DNA of 64,000 nt, taken from Candidatus Latescibacterota bacterium (GTDB lineage Bacteria; Latescibacterota; UBA2968; UBA8231). The DNA lies in the NCBI GenBank assembly GCA_965208105.1, contig OZ242318.1, positions 4,192,001-4,256,000 on the forward strand. Direction: 5' to 3'. The notes beneath the pieces are model-generated. The model ran no database searches, had not been told where the DNA came from, and was given only the letters and a program-made list of their open reading frames with translations. Position numbers and translations under genes: made by a program. This document shows positions 1 to 9,359 of this stretch, piece by piece. Within the stretch, counting starts at the first letter, position 1. Each line of letters begins with the position of its first letter.

Positions 1-808
1 CGTCGAGCGCCTGCATGACCTTGCCGACGTTGTGGTCCACATAGCTGCACAGGGCGTAGTAAGTGATCGTCGCCCGACGGATCTCTTCCTCTTCCAGCCC
101 TCTGTCCCACATGAACCGGTATCGGAAGTGAGCCAGCGCAGGGTGGTCGGGCCACTCCTGGCGCCGCCATTGTGGAGGCATTGCGACCTGAGCCGGATCG
201 TAGAGCCGATAGAATTCCTCCGGGGCCGTGAATGGCGGATGGGGGCACACCAGCGACAGGAAAAGCACCCAGGGCTTCTCGTCGCCGGCATGAGCGGCCA
301 GCCAGCGGCAGGCAGCATCCGTGTTTTCGGCGTCGTAGCGCAGATAGGAGGAATTGCCGGGACCCGCCTGGCGCACGCCCTCCGGGCCGTCACGGGGAGG
401 GGCTTTCTCGCGCAGGCACTCGATGATTTCCCCGATTCCCTCGGCTACGTTCAGGGGTTGGTGTTCCGCGCTGAAGCCGTTGTCGTCATCGCGGCTGCGA
501 AAGTGCAGCTTGCCGATGGAATCCACCCGGCAGCCCCGGTCCCGCACCCTGTGCCCCCAACTCGGAAACTCGCCGTGGTAGGGAAAGGCATTGTCCCAGT
601 GCCCCGTCTGGTGGACGTATCGCCCGGTGGCCAGTGCAGCCCGGGCGGCCACGCAAATGGGGGAATTGGTGTAAGCCCGGGTAAACCGGACCCCGCGAGC
701 CGCGAGCCCATCGAGGTTGGGGGTATGCACCACCGGATGGCCGTAACATCCCAGCGCATCGCGCCTGTGCTCGTCGGCGAGGATGAAGAGCAGATTGGCA
801 GGATTCAT
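1..808 (-). CDS. Sulfatase (choline-sulfatase-like), 3' end runs off the window
   Basis: Not in the ORF track. Manual translation from ATG at 808 gives MNPANLLFILADEHRRDALGCYGHPVVHTPNLDGLAARGVRFTRAYTNSPICVAARAALATGRY, a sulfatase N-terminus with a CxxxR formylglycine motif. Confidence 0.9.
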   Translation of the reverse strand, partial: MNPANLLFILADEHRRDALGCYGHPVVHTPNLDGLAARGVRFTRAYTNSPICVAARAALATGRYVHQTGHWDNAFPYHGEFPSWGHRVRDRGCRVDSIGKLHFRSRDDDNGFSAEHQPLNVAEGIGEIIECLREKAPPRDGPEGVRQAGPGNSSYLRYDAENTDAACRWLAAHAGDEKPWVLFLSLVCPHPPFTAPEEFYRLYDPAQVAMPPQWRRQEWPDHPALAHFRYRFMWDRGLEEEEIRRATITYYALCSYVDHNVGKVMQALD

Positions 809-844
809 GGTCCGGTCAGCGGATCGGATGCAGTCCGACCCCTG

Positions 845-1759
845 TCATTCGTTGTGCTTTTCCGGCGGCACGCGATGATCGCTGGAGAATTCCATGTCCT
901 CGGGCAGGGGCAGGAACGCGGCGGTCATATCGCTTACGCGTCCCATGTGGACTTCCATGGATTCGTCCACCTTGTCCAACTCGAAGTCGGAGATGGGCAG
1001 AGTGTAGCGCACCATGGGGGTATAGCGCTGGAAAGCCTCGGCGTAGGCCACCCCGGCCTTGTTGCCGAAGTGACCGTCCTCGTTCTCTCCGCGCTTGCGC
1101 GAATAGGGACCGCCGTAGTACTGGCTGGAAATGCAGTCCAGTGCCCTGACCTTCCTGTCGATGACGTCGGTGATATCGACGTAGAGGTCGACGCGGGCGG
1201 TACCGGCGTACTCCAGGGTGTTTGCGCCCATGTAGGCGATGGGGTTCATGAAATAGTGTACCGGTGTGCGATGGCGGACCTGGCGGGAGCGCCCGGTCCC
1301 CTGGGCGAGCTGGGTAGCGTAGACGGCTGCCTGTCCGATGGTACCGTGCATCTTGAGCCCGGCCGTCTCGTAGGGATGATGGGAAATCAGGAGGTCCGGC
1401 CTTACCTCGCGGATGATGGCGGCGATTGCCTCAACCTTCTCCCGGTTCAGCAGCAGGTCGTCGTCCTCGAAGCCCAGGTCGCGCAAATCGTCGAAGCCCA
1501 GAAGGCGGCAGGCGGTTCGGGTCTCCTCGAGTTTCTCGGCCACCGCGGCCTCGATCTTCGATTCCACGTCCAATTCGCCGCCGGCTCTGTGCTTGGCGTC
1601 CTTCAGCTCCCAATGATGCGAGCGCACGCCGGTGGTGGCGATGGCCACGGTCACCTGGTCGCCGCGGGCGACGTGATGGGCGAGGGTTCCCCCGGCCTGG
1701 TCGAAACCGTCCGCCGGATGGGCGGCGACGAGGAGGATCTTGATTGGTCTGCTTGGCAT
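845..1759 (-). CDS. PIG-L/LmbE-family metallohydrolase (HPAD variant)
   Basis: ILLVAAHPAD..AGGTLA, DLGFEDDDL, IIREVRPDLLISH, YVDITDVIDRKVRAL and YAEAF match the PIG-L family pattern. Confidence 0.85.
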   Translation of the reverse strand: MPSRPIKILLVAAHPADGFDQAGGTLAHHVARGDQVTVAIATTGVRSHHWELKDAKHRAGGELDVESKIEAAVAEKLEETRTACRLLGFDDLRDLGFEDDDLLLNREKVEAIAAIIREVRPDLLISHHPYETAGLKMHGTIGQAAVYATQLAQGTGRSRQVRHRTPVHYFMNPIAYMGANTLEYAGTARVDLYVDITDVIDRKVRALDCISSQYYGGPYSRKRGENEDGHFGNKAGVAYAEAFQRYTPMVRYTLPISDFELDKVDESMEVHMGRVSDMTAAFLPLPEDMEFSSDHRVPPEKHNE

Positions 1760-1897
1760 GAGAGATTTCTTTCTTCAATCTTCCGTGAGGGTTTAAGCGG
1801 CATTTTGCCGGGCGCATTCACAATATGTAGATTCCGCTTTTTCAACGCTACCCGGGGCCGCCGCAGTCTGCGGCCGCGGGCAGCGCAGGAGGAGAGA

Positions 1898-2923
1898 ATG
1901 GGCGGGCCGCAGGAAAACGTCAACCGGTTGCTCGCGGTCATGGCAGATCTCTGCAGAGGGGGCCGGCTCGATTCCATGGTTCTCCTCGGCGTGGACAACT
2001 TTTCCAGGCTCGAATCCCGGGAAGGTGCGCGGACCGGTGCTGCGGTCCAGGAATACCTTCAGACTCTCCTGCGCCGGGAATCCGGATGGTCCGGCCTCGT
2101 GGGCAGAGGCAGATTCGCCTGGCTGCAGGTGGAAGAAGCCAGGGTCCGGGAGATTGGAAGGGAGTTCAGGCAAGGCTGCGAGAGGGTATTCGGTTGCCGC
2201 GTTACCATGTCCGGGGGCGGTGTGAGATTCTGTCCCCTCACCATCGTCTGCACGCAGGAGACCTTTCTGGCCGTATATGAAGCCGCTGCCGAGATGCTGG
2301 CGCTGGCCAACAAGCGCGGCGAAGGGACCTGCATGTGGCTGACTGCGGCGGCCGGGGTCGATCACCACACCGCCGCGGCAGGCCGTCGCCTCTACGAGGA
2401 TCTTGCCCGAATCAACGCCGCAATGGTCCGGCGGATGGAGATGGAATCCCGCGTGGATTCCCTCACGGGGCTCTACAACAGGCGCGGATTCGACGATATC
2501 TTCGACCGCCGCCTCGGCTCCGCGGCGCGCTTCAAGCAGCCGCTGTCGCTCATCTACCTGGATTCCGACAATCTCAAGGGCATCAACGACACCGAGGGCC
2601 ACGAGGCCGGGGACAGATTCATCGTCCAACTGGGGGTCGTGCTGAAGTCGGTAGTCAGGAGGTCGGACTTCATTTTCAGGTGGGGCGCCGATGAATTCGC
2701 CGTCATTCCCGAGTGCACCACCGCGGAGACGGCGGTCAGCCTGGCCGAGCGCTTGAGGACCGCGGTCGAAGAAAGGACGGCCGGGACCATTTCAGCGGGG
2801 ATATATCACGGCATCCCCTCCAGCGCCGACGAAGCATTGTCCGCCGCCGACGCGGCCATGTACGCGGCCAAGCAGGGAGGAAGGAACCGGGTCGTGCTCA
2901 ATGGCCGCCGCCCGCCGAAATAG
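1898..2923 (+). CDS. Diguanylate cyclase with a degenerate N-terminal GGDEF-like domain
   Basis: ATG 1898 follows AGGAGGAG. Motifs DSLTGLYNRR, YLDSDNLKGINDTEGHEAGD, RRSD I-site, RWGADEF, ADAAMYAAKQGGRN. Confidence 0.88.
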   Translation: MGGPQENVNRLLAVMADLCRGGRLDSMVLLGVDNFSRLESREGARTGAAVQEYLQTLLRRESGWSGLVGRGRFAWLQVEEARVREIGREFRQGCERVFGCRVTMSGGGVRFCPLTIVCTQETFLAVYEAAAEMLALANKRGEGTCMWLTAAAGVDHHTAAAGRRLYEDLARINAAMVRRMEMESRVDSLTGLYNRRGFDDIFDRRLGSAARFKQPLSLIYLDSDNLKGINDTEGHEAGDRFIVQLGVVLKSVVRRSDFIFRWGADEFAVIPECTTAETAVSLAERLRTAVEERTAGTISAGIYHGIPSSADEALSAADAAMYAAKQGGRNRVVLNGRRPPK

Positions 2924-2972
2924 GGGTGTGGCTGGTCTGGGCGGGAGGGGGCTGCAGGGGTCCCCGGTCGAG

Positions 2973-3998
2973 TCAACTTCCATTCCCGTTGAGCTGATTG
3001 GCCGCGCGAGTGATGCCGGCCATGTAGCCGATGGCAAAGGCATGGCCCTGAAATTGGGGCGGGGAATCGTTCACGGTGCGGGGCAGATGGGCGACGGCCA
3101 GGAAAGAATCGACACCCACCTGGTCGAAGGTCCTCACGACTTCCAGGAAATCGCAGTCGGCTTCGTCCAGGAAACACTCGTTGAAGCGGGGCACCGTGCC
3201 CTGGACCCCCTGGGCATGTCCGTAGAGAATCCTGCCCGCCGCTCCGAAGCGGCGGATCGAGGCAACGATGTCGGTGCCCATGGCAGTCCAGTTTCCCAGG
3301 CAAAGATTCACTCCGCTGACCTCGCTGTCAGCCAGGTCCAGGGCGCGCTGGTAGCAATCGGGGTCGTGGAAAATCCGCGCGACACCGCCGACTTTCGGGG
3401 ACGGAGGATCGTCGGGGTGCAGGCCCATTCTCACGCCCGATTCCTCCAGCACGGGAACAATGGCGCGCACGAAGTACTCGTAGTTTTCCCACATTTCCCC
3501 GGAGCTGTACTCGCGGTCTCTGAAGAGCGGTCCCTTGTTGACCACCTCGAGGTCGAGAAGATCGTACTTGGCTCCTCCCCTGCCCGGGAAGTTGAGGGAT
3601 GAGCGGGTGGAAAAGCGCCAGTTCCGCGACGGGTTCGCCATCCAGTTATACCCATAGTAGGGGATTCCCGCCCGCCCCATGTTGCGGATGGTGATGCTGA
3701 GGTTTTCGAGCTGCTGATCGCGTCCCGGCAAGCCCAGCATCACCTGGTCGAAGCACCATTGCGGCAGCGGGTTCTCCATGCTGGCCAGCCGCAGCCCGTA
3801 GGACTCGACGCGCTCGCGCAGTTGCACCAGGTCCAGATAGTCCCAGTACTGGCCGGGTTTGTCGCCCGCATCCGGGGGAAACTTGCGGGTGTAGTCGGGA
3901 CAACTGGTGAATCCTCCCACGACATCGCTCACCCCGTACTGCTGCAGAAACTGGAGGAAATCATCTCCCTGATTGCCCAGGAACGCACCTATTCTCAT
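2973..3998 (-). CDS. Mannonate dehydratase (UxuA) family protein
   Basis: IRNMGRAGIP..YNWM, MWENYEYFVRAIVPVLEESGVRMGLHPDDPP, NLCLGNW. Confidence 0.85.
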   Translation of the reverse strand: MRIGAFLGNQGDDFLQFLQQYGVSDVVGGFTSCPDYTRKFPPDAGDKPGQYWDYLDLVQLRERVESYGLRLASMENPLPQWCFDQVMLGLPGRDQQLENLSITIRNMGRAGIPYYGYNWMANPSRNWRFSTRSSLNFPGRGGAKYDLLDLEVVNKGPLFRDREYSSGEMWENYEYFVRAIVPVLEESGVRMGLHPDDPPSPKVGGVARIFHDPDCYQRALDLADSEVSGVNLCLGNWTAMGTDIVASIRRFGAAGRILYGHAQGVQGTVPRFNECFLDEADCDFLEVVRTFDQVGVDSFLAVAHLPRTVNDSPPQFQGHAFAIGYMAGITRAANQLNGNGS

Positions 3999-4255
3999 CG
4001 TTTTTCTCCTTCCAGGAAAACTGGAGCAGGGCCGCTGCTCCGGCTCATGGCCCGCCAGTGCAGAATTCGGTACACCATCTCATCATCGATGCCAGGATGA
4101 CGGTCGGCTTCCAAGCTTATTCCCTTCTCACCCGGTCGTCAAGCCTGCCTCGAGTCTGAATGGCCTTGTCCGCTTCGGTAGCCTGGACAGCCGCGTCACC
4201 GCTGGCTACTTTCAGAAACCAACCGCGACAACCCTTTGCCAGGAGGCAGCTCCGA

Positions 4256-5758
4256 ATGAATGACGGACGACCCGCTCCAACTCCGATTCTCGATCACTAT
4301 GGAATCTGGGCATCTCACCGCAAGCTCGAGCCGGACGGCACCATATGGTCCCAGGATCCTCCCAGGGGGGTGAAGATCGAGATCGAAACGGCGGGAAAGT
4401 CTGCCGTGTTTTTCCACAAGGAGCGTCCCTGGGAGAGGGGGGCGAATCTCCACCTCAACTCCATGATTTGCGACCAGGGTCGCTACCGCCTCTGGTACGG
4501 GGTGACCAGGGTGAGTGATGTTTCCAGGAACTATGTGTGCTACGCCGAAAGCGAAGACGGATTCAACTGGGAGCGCCCCGAGCTCGGTCTCGTAGACTAC
4601 GACGGGTCCACCAGGAACAACATCATTTGCCATGGAAAGGACCATCACCTGGGCTTCGTCTTCATCGATCCTTCCGCCCCGGAAGAGGAACGCTACAAGG
4701 CCATAGCCGGCGAGGGCAGATTTTACCGGGACGGAAAACTGGATGAGAACATGGACGGGAAGAAGTTCAAGGAGTTGATGATCGCCATGGACGTTGGCGG
4801 GGTCAGTCCCGAGGACCGCAGGAAGGCGGTGGAGCTGCGCCAGGCGGTGCATGCCTCCGTTTCCCCGGATGGGATTCGCTGGAAGAATATCGAGGACCAC
4901 ATTCTCGACGTGGGGGCGAGCGCCCTCGACACCCACAACCTCTGCATCTACGATCCCTATGAGAAAAAGTACGTGGCCTACCTTCGCGGCCACCTCGAAC
5001 GCCGGCGCTCGGTGCGGCGCGCCGAAGGAACGGATTTCCGCCATTTGCAGGAACCGCGGCTCTGCCTGATGTGCGATCCTCAGGACCCCATTGGCGACGA
5101 CATCTACAATCCTTGCTACAGTGCCTATCCGGGGCGGCGGCTCTACCTGATGTTTCCCTCCTTCTACCACCGCATTCCCTCCACGGTGGACATCCACCTG
5201 GCCATCAGCCACGACAGCTACAACTGGAGCCGGCCCGAGCGCAAGCCCATCATCGACCTGAGCTACGAGGGCGGAGAATACGGCTCGATGTACGCGAGTC
5301 CCAGCCTCGTCGCCCTGGACAGCGGTGAATGGCGGCTTCCCTTTGTGGGCAACCAGCGCAAGCACGATTTTCTGGACCGAGGCCGCAACTATCCGGAAGA
5401 CGGCGAGTTTCGCTGGGCAAGCTGGCGGGAGGATCGCCTCGCGGGGCTGCATGCCGCCGCCGAGGGCTCGGTGGTCCTGGTGCAGCGCCCCTGCGCCGGA
5501 AAGGAGCTGCGCCTGAACTATCGCACCGAGAAGGACGGGTGGGTAAAGGTGGAACTGGTGAATCCGCCGGTGACTCCACCCCGGCCGGTGCAGGCTTTCG
5601 AAGGGTTCGGTCTCGATGCGGCCGAGACTCTGAGCGGCGACGAACTCTCGAGGGTAGTCCGCTGGAACGGAAAGAGCGATCTCTCCATGCTGCGCGGCAA
5701 GGAGGTGAGCGTTCGACTGCACCTGAACAGGGCCAAGGTCTTTTCCACCGCTCTTTGA
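4256..5758 (+). CDS. Uncharacterised five-bladed beta-propeller glycoside-hydrolase-like protein, paralog 1
   Basis: ATG 4256 follows AGGAGG. Asp-box-like CYAESEDGFNW, SVSPDGIRW and AISHDSYNW; C-terminal GDELSRVVRWNGKSDLS; no signal peptide. Confidence 0.7.
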   Translation: MNDGRPAPTPILDHYGIWASHRKLEPDGTIWSQDPPRGVKIEIETAGKSAVFFHKERPWERGANLHLNSMICDQGRYRLWYGVTRVSDVSRNYVCYAESEDGFNWERPELGLVDYDGSTRNNIICHGKDHHLGFVFIDPSAPEEERYKAIAGEGRFYRDGKLDENMDGKKFKELMIAMDVGGVSPEDRRKAVELRQAVHASVSPDGIRWKNIEDHILDVGASALDTHNLCIYDPYEKKYVAYLRGHLERRRSVRRAEGTDFRHLQEPRLCLMCDPQDPIGDDIYNPCYSAYPGRRLYLMFPSFYHRIPSTVDIHLAISHDSYNWSRPERKPIIDLSYEGGEYGSMYASPSLVALDSGEWRLPFVGNQRKHDFLDRGRNYPEDGEFRWASWREDRLAGLHAAAEGSVVLVQRPCAGKELRLNYRTEKDGWVKVELVNPPVTPPRPVQAFEGFGLDAAETLSGDELSRVVRWNGKSDLSMLRGKEVSVRLHLNRAKVFSTAL

Positions 5759-5939
5759 TCGGTGGAGAGGTTCACAAGGCCAAGGCCTCTGCGGATTCAC
5801 CGCCAGGAAGCCCGACCTCCTCCATCCATTCCAGGATTCCTATCGCGTTCCTGCCTCTGCGTCTGCTTGACACACTAGCGATAATGCCTCTTATTTGCCG
5901 TGCGCGACAGGCCACGCGGTCAGTCCCAGGTTCCCGCCT

Positions 5940-7265
5940 ATGTCCGACACTTCCCCTCAGACAACAGCCAGCGGCAAGGATACGAGTGCAATGTCGCGGC
6001 GGTCTCTGCTTCGCGCCGGCCTTGCCGGTTGCCTGGCCGCCCCTTGGTGGCCGGCCTTGCGCGCATTTGCCGAAGCCCCTGCCGCCGCGGCATCCGGGGT
6101 GACCGACTCCGAGATCATCCTGGGTACATCGGCCGCGTTCTCCGGACCATCCCGGGGGTTGGGAATCGAGCTCTATCGCGGTTCCGGCGCCTATTTCGCC
6201 CACGTAAATCGGCAGGGGGGCGTGGCCGGCCGCAGCGTTCAGGTCACGGCCTACGACGACGGCTATCAACCCGGTCCTTCAGTGAGAAACACCATGAAGC
6301 TGATGCTGGAGGACCAGGTTTTCCTGCTCTTCGGATACGTCGGCACGCCGACGGTAACGCGCGTTCTGCCCATCCTGAAGAAGTTCCAGGACCGCGACAT
6401 CCTGCTGTTCTTCCCTTTCACCGGAGCCCAGCCACAACGCGAACCCCCCTACGGAGCCTTCGCCTTCAATCTGCGCGCCTCCTACCGACAGGAGACCGCC
6501 GGTCTGGTGGACAATTTCGTGCGCATCGACCGGCGGCGCATTGCCGTGTTCTACCAGGCCGACGCATATGGCCGCAGTGGATGGGCGGGGGTCAGAAGCG
6601 CACTGAAAAAATACGGGGAAAGTATCGCTGGAGAGGCCACCTACCGCCGCGGTGAACGGTTCACGGGAACCATGCGCAAGCAGGTCGAGATTCTCAAGGC
6701 GGCCAGGCCTGAAGCGGTGATTTGCATCGGTGCCTATGCGGCCTGCGCGGCCTTTGCCCGCGATGCGGTGGACCTCGGCCTGCAGGTTCCATTCGCGAAT
6801 CTTTCCTTCGTTGGAAGCGAAAATCTCCTCAAGCTCCTGACCGAGGGACGCGAGGACAGCCGGCGCTACACCCGGTGGCTGGTAAACTCCCAGGTGGTGC
6901 CGAGCTACGAGGATGTATCCATTCCCGCCGTTCAGGAATATCGCGAATTGATGAAACGCTACGCTCCGTTGCCGCCGGCGGAGTTGATGAAGGACCCCTA
7001 TACCCCCTTTGATTACAGCTTCGTCAGCCTCGAAGGATTTCTCAACGCCAAGTTGATGGTCGAAATCCTGCAGCGCCTCGGTGACGAGCCGCAACGCAGC
7101 CAACTGGAGGAAGCGGTTCTCTCCGTTGCGAATTTCGATCTGGGTATCGGGGAACAGGTCTCCTTCGGGCCGGGCCGGAGACAGGGGCTGCAGCAGGTAT
7201 ACTACACGGTGGTGGACGACGGCCGTTTCGTTCCGCTCGATGATTGGCGCGCCAGGTTCGCATGA
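5940..7265 (+). CDS. Periplasmic binding protein type 1 (LivJ-like), Tat-exported
   Basis: SRRSLL twin-arginine signal; GVTDSEIILGTSAAFSGP, YDDGYQP, GYVGTPT, FNLRASYRQE, SLEGFLNAK. Start could be 5940 or 5991. Confidence 0.85.
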   Translation: MSDTSPQTTASGKDTSAMSRRSLLRAGLAGCLAAPWWPALRAFAEAPAAAASGVTDSEIILGTSAAFSGPSRGLGIELYRGSGAYFAHVNRQGGVAGRSVQVTAYDDGYQPGPSVRNTMKLMLEDQVFLLFGYVGTPTVTRVLPILKKFQDRDILLFFPFTGAQPQREPPYGAFAFNLRASYRQETAGLVDNFVRIDRRRIAVFYQADAYGRSGWAGVRSALKKYGESIAGEATYRRGERFTGTMRKQVEILKAARPEAVICIGAYAACAAFARDAVDLGLQVPFANLSFVGSENLLKLLTEGREDSRRYTRWLVNSQVVPSYEDVSIPAVQEYRELMKRYAPLPPAELMKDPYTPFDYSFVSLEGFLNAKLMVEILQRLGDEPQRSQLEEAVLSVANFDLGIGEQVSFGPGRRQGLQQVYYTVVDDGRFVPLDDWRARFA

Positions 7266-7990
7266 TGATGAAGGTACAGAAGCTGTTCAAGAAGACCCTG
7301 TTCGGCGTCTTTTCGCTGTTCGGCCTGATCGGCCTCTCGACCTCCATCCTCTGCGTCTATACGGTCGATACGCATCTGTCCGCCGAATACGAGAGCAACA
7401 GCCGCGACATCGCCAAGACCATTGCAGATTCGAGCGTGGACATTCTTCTGAACCGCGACTTGTCGGCCCTGCAATCGCTCATCGATCAGTTCGTCGAGAT
7501 TCAGGGCATAAAATACATCTATATCACCGACGAGTCCGGTGAGTTCCTGGCCCATACATTCGTGCCCGGCATCCCCGCCGAGATTCGCGCCAGCGACCCC
7601 TTCAATATGGAGACCGTGGAGCGCAGCCTGCCTGGAATGGGGGATTTCGTCGAGGTCGGGAGCCCGATTCTAGCCGGTGTTGCAGGAACGGTGCACGTGG
7701 GCATGGACACCGGTCTGATTGCCCTCAAGATCCAACGGGCCATCGGCCAGCAGGTCTATCTCTTCTCCATAATTCTCGTGGCCGGGGTATTTGCCGCCAT
7801 CTGGCTGGTCAATCTGGCCGCAAAACCGGTGGGCTCGCTTCTGGGGTATGCCGTGGGCATGGCGCGCGGGGAGGGGGAAGCGGTGGACGCGGACGACAAG
7901 CTTCTGGGACGCGACGACGAAGTGGGACACCTTGCCCGACTTTTCCTCCATGTTGCCGAAAAGAAGCCGCCCCCGCCATCCGGCGACTGA
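7262..7990 (+). CDS. Two-TM periplasmic-sensor plus HAMP-like protein with no output domain
   Basis: Two hydrophobic helices flank a Cache-like region (IKYIYITDESGEFLAHTF, GTVHVGMD). HAMP-like KPVGSLL...RDDEVGHLARLF is followed by a stop. ATGA overlap with the upstream gene. Confidence 0.75.
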   Translation: MMMKVQKLFKKTLFGVFSLFGLIGLSTSILCVYTVDTHLSAEYESNSRDIAKTIADSSVDILLNRDLSALQSLIDQFVEIQGIKYIYITDESGEFLAHTFVPGIPAEIRASDPFNMETVERSLPGMGDFVEVGSPILAGVAGTVHVGMDTGLIALKIQRAIGQQVYLFSIILVAGVFAAIWLVNLAAKPVGSLLGYAVGMARGEGEAVDADDKLLGRDDEVGHLARLFLHVAEKKPPPPSGD

Positions 7991-8008
7991 TCCGCCGTCG
8001 GTATCCAG

Positions 8009-9325
8009 GTGAAAATGTCGAAAGGAAGGGAATTGGTCCCGCGCTCCCTTATGGCGCTATTCTGCACGGTCCTGCAGGTATGCTTCGGGACGGTGTATGC
8101 CTGGAGTTTCTTCCAGACCCTGCTGGTCCGGCAACTGGGCTGGACCTTCACCGAAACGGCCTGGGCATTCAGCCTGACGATCCTTTCCCTGGGCACCTCG
8201 GCGGCCTGGGCAGGCGCCCTGTTGCCGCGGGTAGGACCCCGGCGCCTGGCCGTGGCGGGAAGCGTCATGTTCGCGGTGGGCTATGTGCTGGGGAGCCTGG
8301 CGCTGAACCTGAATAGCCTCGCGCTGTTCTATGTGGGGTATGGTATAATCGGTGGCGCGGGAATCGGGCTGGGATACGTTACCCCGGTGGCGACGGTGGC
8401 CAAGTGGTTCCCGGACAAGAAGGGGTTGGCGACGGGGATCGTGGTGATGGGGTTCGGGGTAGGCGCATTTCTGTTGAGCAAGGGCCTGGCGCCGCTGCTC
8501 GTGTCCCACCTGGCAGGGGACCTGCCCCGTGTCTTCCTGGGGCTCGGGGTGATCTTCGCCGCGGTGCTCATACCCTGCAGCCTGCTGTTGAGCAATCCTC
8601 CTGCGGCCGCTGAAGCCGTCGCCGAAGAGACGCCCGGCGACGAGTCCGACTCGGTTGCTCCCTATCTGCGTTCATCCGAGTTCGTCCTCATGTGGATCGT
8701 CTTTTTCTTCAATATCGCCGCCGGAATCTCCGTCATCAGCTTTCAGTCCGAACTCCTCCAGGAAGTCTGGGGTCTGGCCGACCCCACGGTGGAGCCGGCG
8801 ACCCTGGCCGAGTACGGAGCGACCCTCATAGCGGTCAGCTCCCTGTGCAACGGGGTGGGACGGTTGTTCTGGGGACTGCTGTCGGACCGCCTGGGACGCG
8901 TCAGGGTCTTCCGGATACTCCTCGCCAGTCAGATGGTGGTCTTCGGCATACTGATGACCGAGCGCAATCCCTGGATATTTTCGATCCTGGTCTGTTATAT
9001 ACTTCTGTGCTTCGGCGGGGGTTTTGCCACCATGCCGTCATTCGTGCTCGATGTATTCGGCCAGAAGAAGATGTCGATCATCTACGGGACCATTCTGACG
9101 GCATGGGCGGCGGCGGGGATTTGCGGACCTCTGTACGTGGGCTACCTGAAGGATCAGTATCCCGACCGGGCGATCATCTATTGCTTCCTGATAGGCATTC
9201 TGATGCTGGGGCTCGGCTTCGTGTTCTCCTATCTATTGAGCGACGATCGCATTCGACTGCGCCGGCCGACCATGGAGGATACATTGCGCCAGTTCGGCAT
9301 TGCCTCTCCGGGTCCGGGCGGTTGA
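8009..9325 (+). CDS. OFA-family MFS transporter (oxalate/formate antiporter-like)
   Basis: GTVYAWS, GLGYVTPVATVAKWFPDKKGLATGIVVMGFGVG, NGVGRLFWGLLSDRLGR, CFGGGFATMP, YGTILTAW. Confidence 0.9.
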   Translation: MKMSKGRELVPRSLMALFCTVLQVCFGTVYAWSFFQTLLVRQLGWTFTETAWAFSLTILSLGTSAAWAGALLPRVGPRRLAVAGSVMFAVGYVLGSLALNLNSLALFYVGYGIIGGAGIGLGYVTPVATVAKWFPDKKGLATGIVVMGFGVGAFLLSKGLAPLLVSHLAGDLPRVFLGLGVIFAAVLIPCSLLLSNPPAAAEAVAEETPGDESDSVAPYLRSSEFVLMWIVFFFNIAAGISVISFQSELLQEVWGLADPTVEPATLAEYGATLIAVSSLCNGVGRLFWGLLSDRLGRVRVFRILLASQMVVFGILMTERNPWIFSILVCYILLCFGGGFATMPSFVLDVFGQKKMSIIYGTILTAWAAAGICGPLYVGYLKDQYPDRAIIYCFLIGILMLGLGFVFSYLLSDDRIRLRRPTMEDTLRQFGIASPGPGG

Positions 9326-9359
9326 CGGGCGCAGGCTGCTGCCGCTTTCATACTCCTCC

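Noticed and set aside
32-1897. N-terminal 622 codons of the 963-aa GGDEF ORF
   Set aside because: Antisense shadow of the sulfatase and PIG-L genes; a good RBS and ATG lie at 1898.
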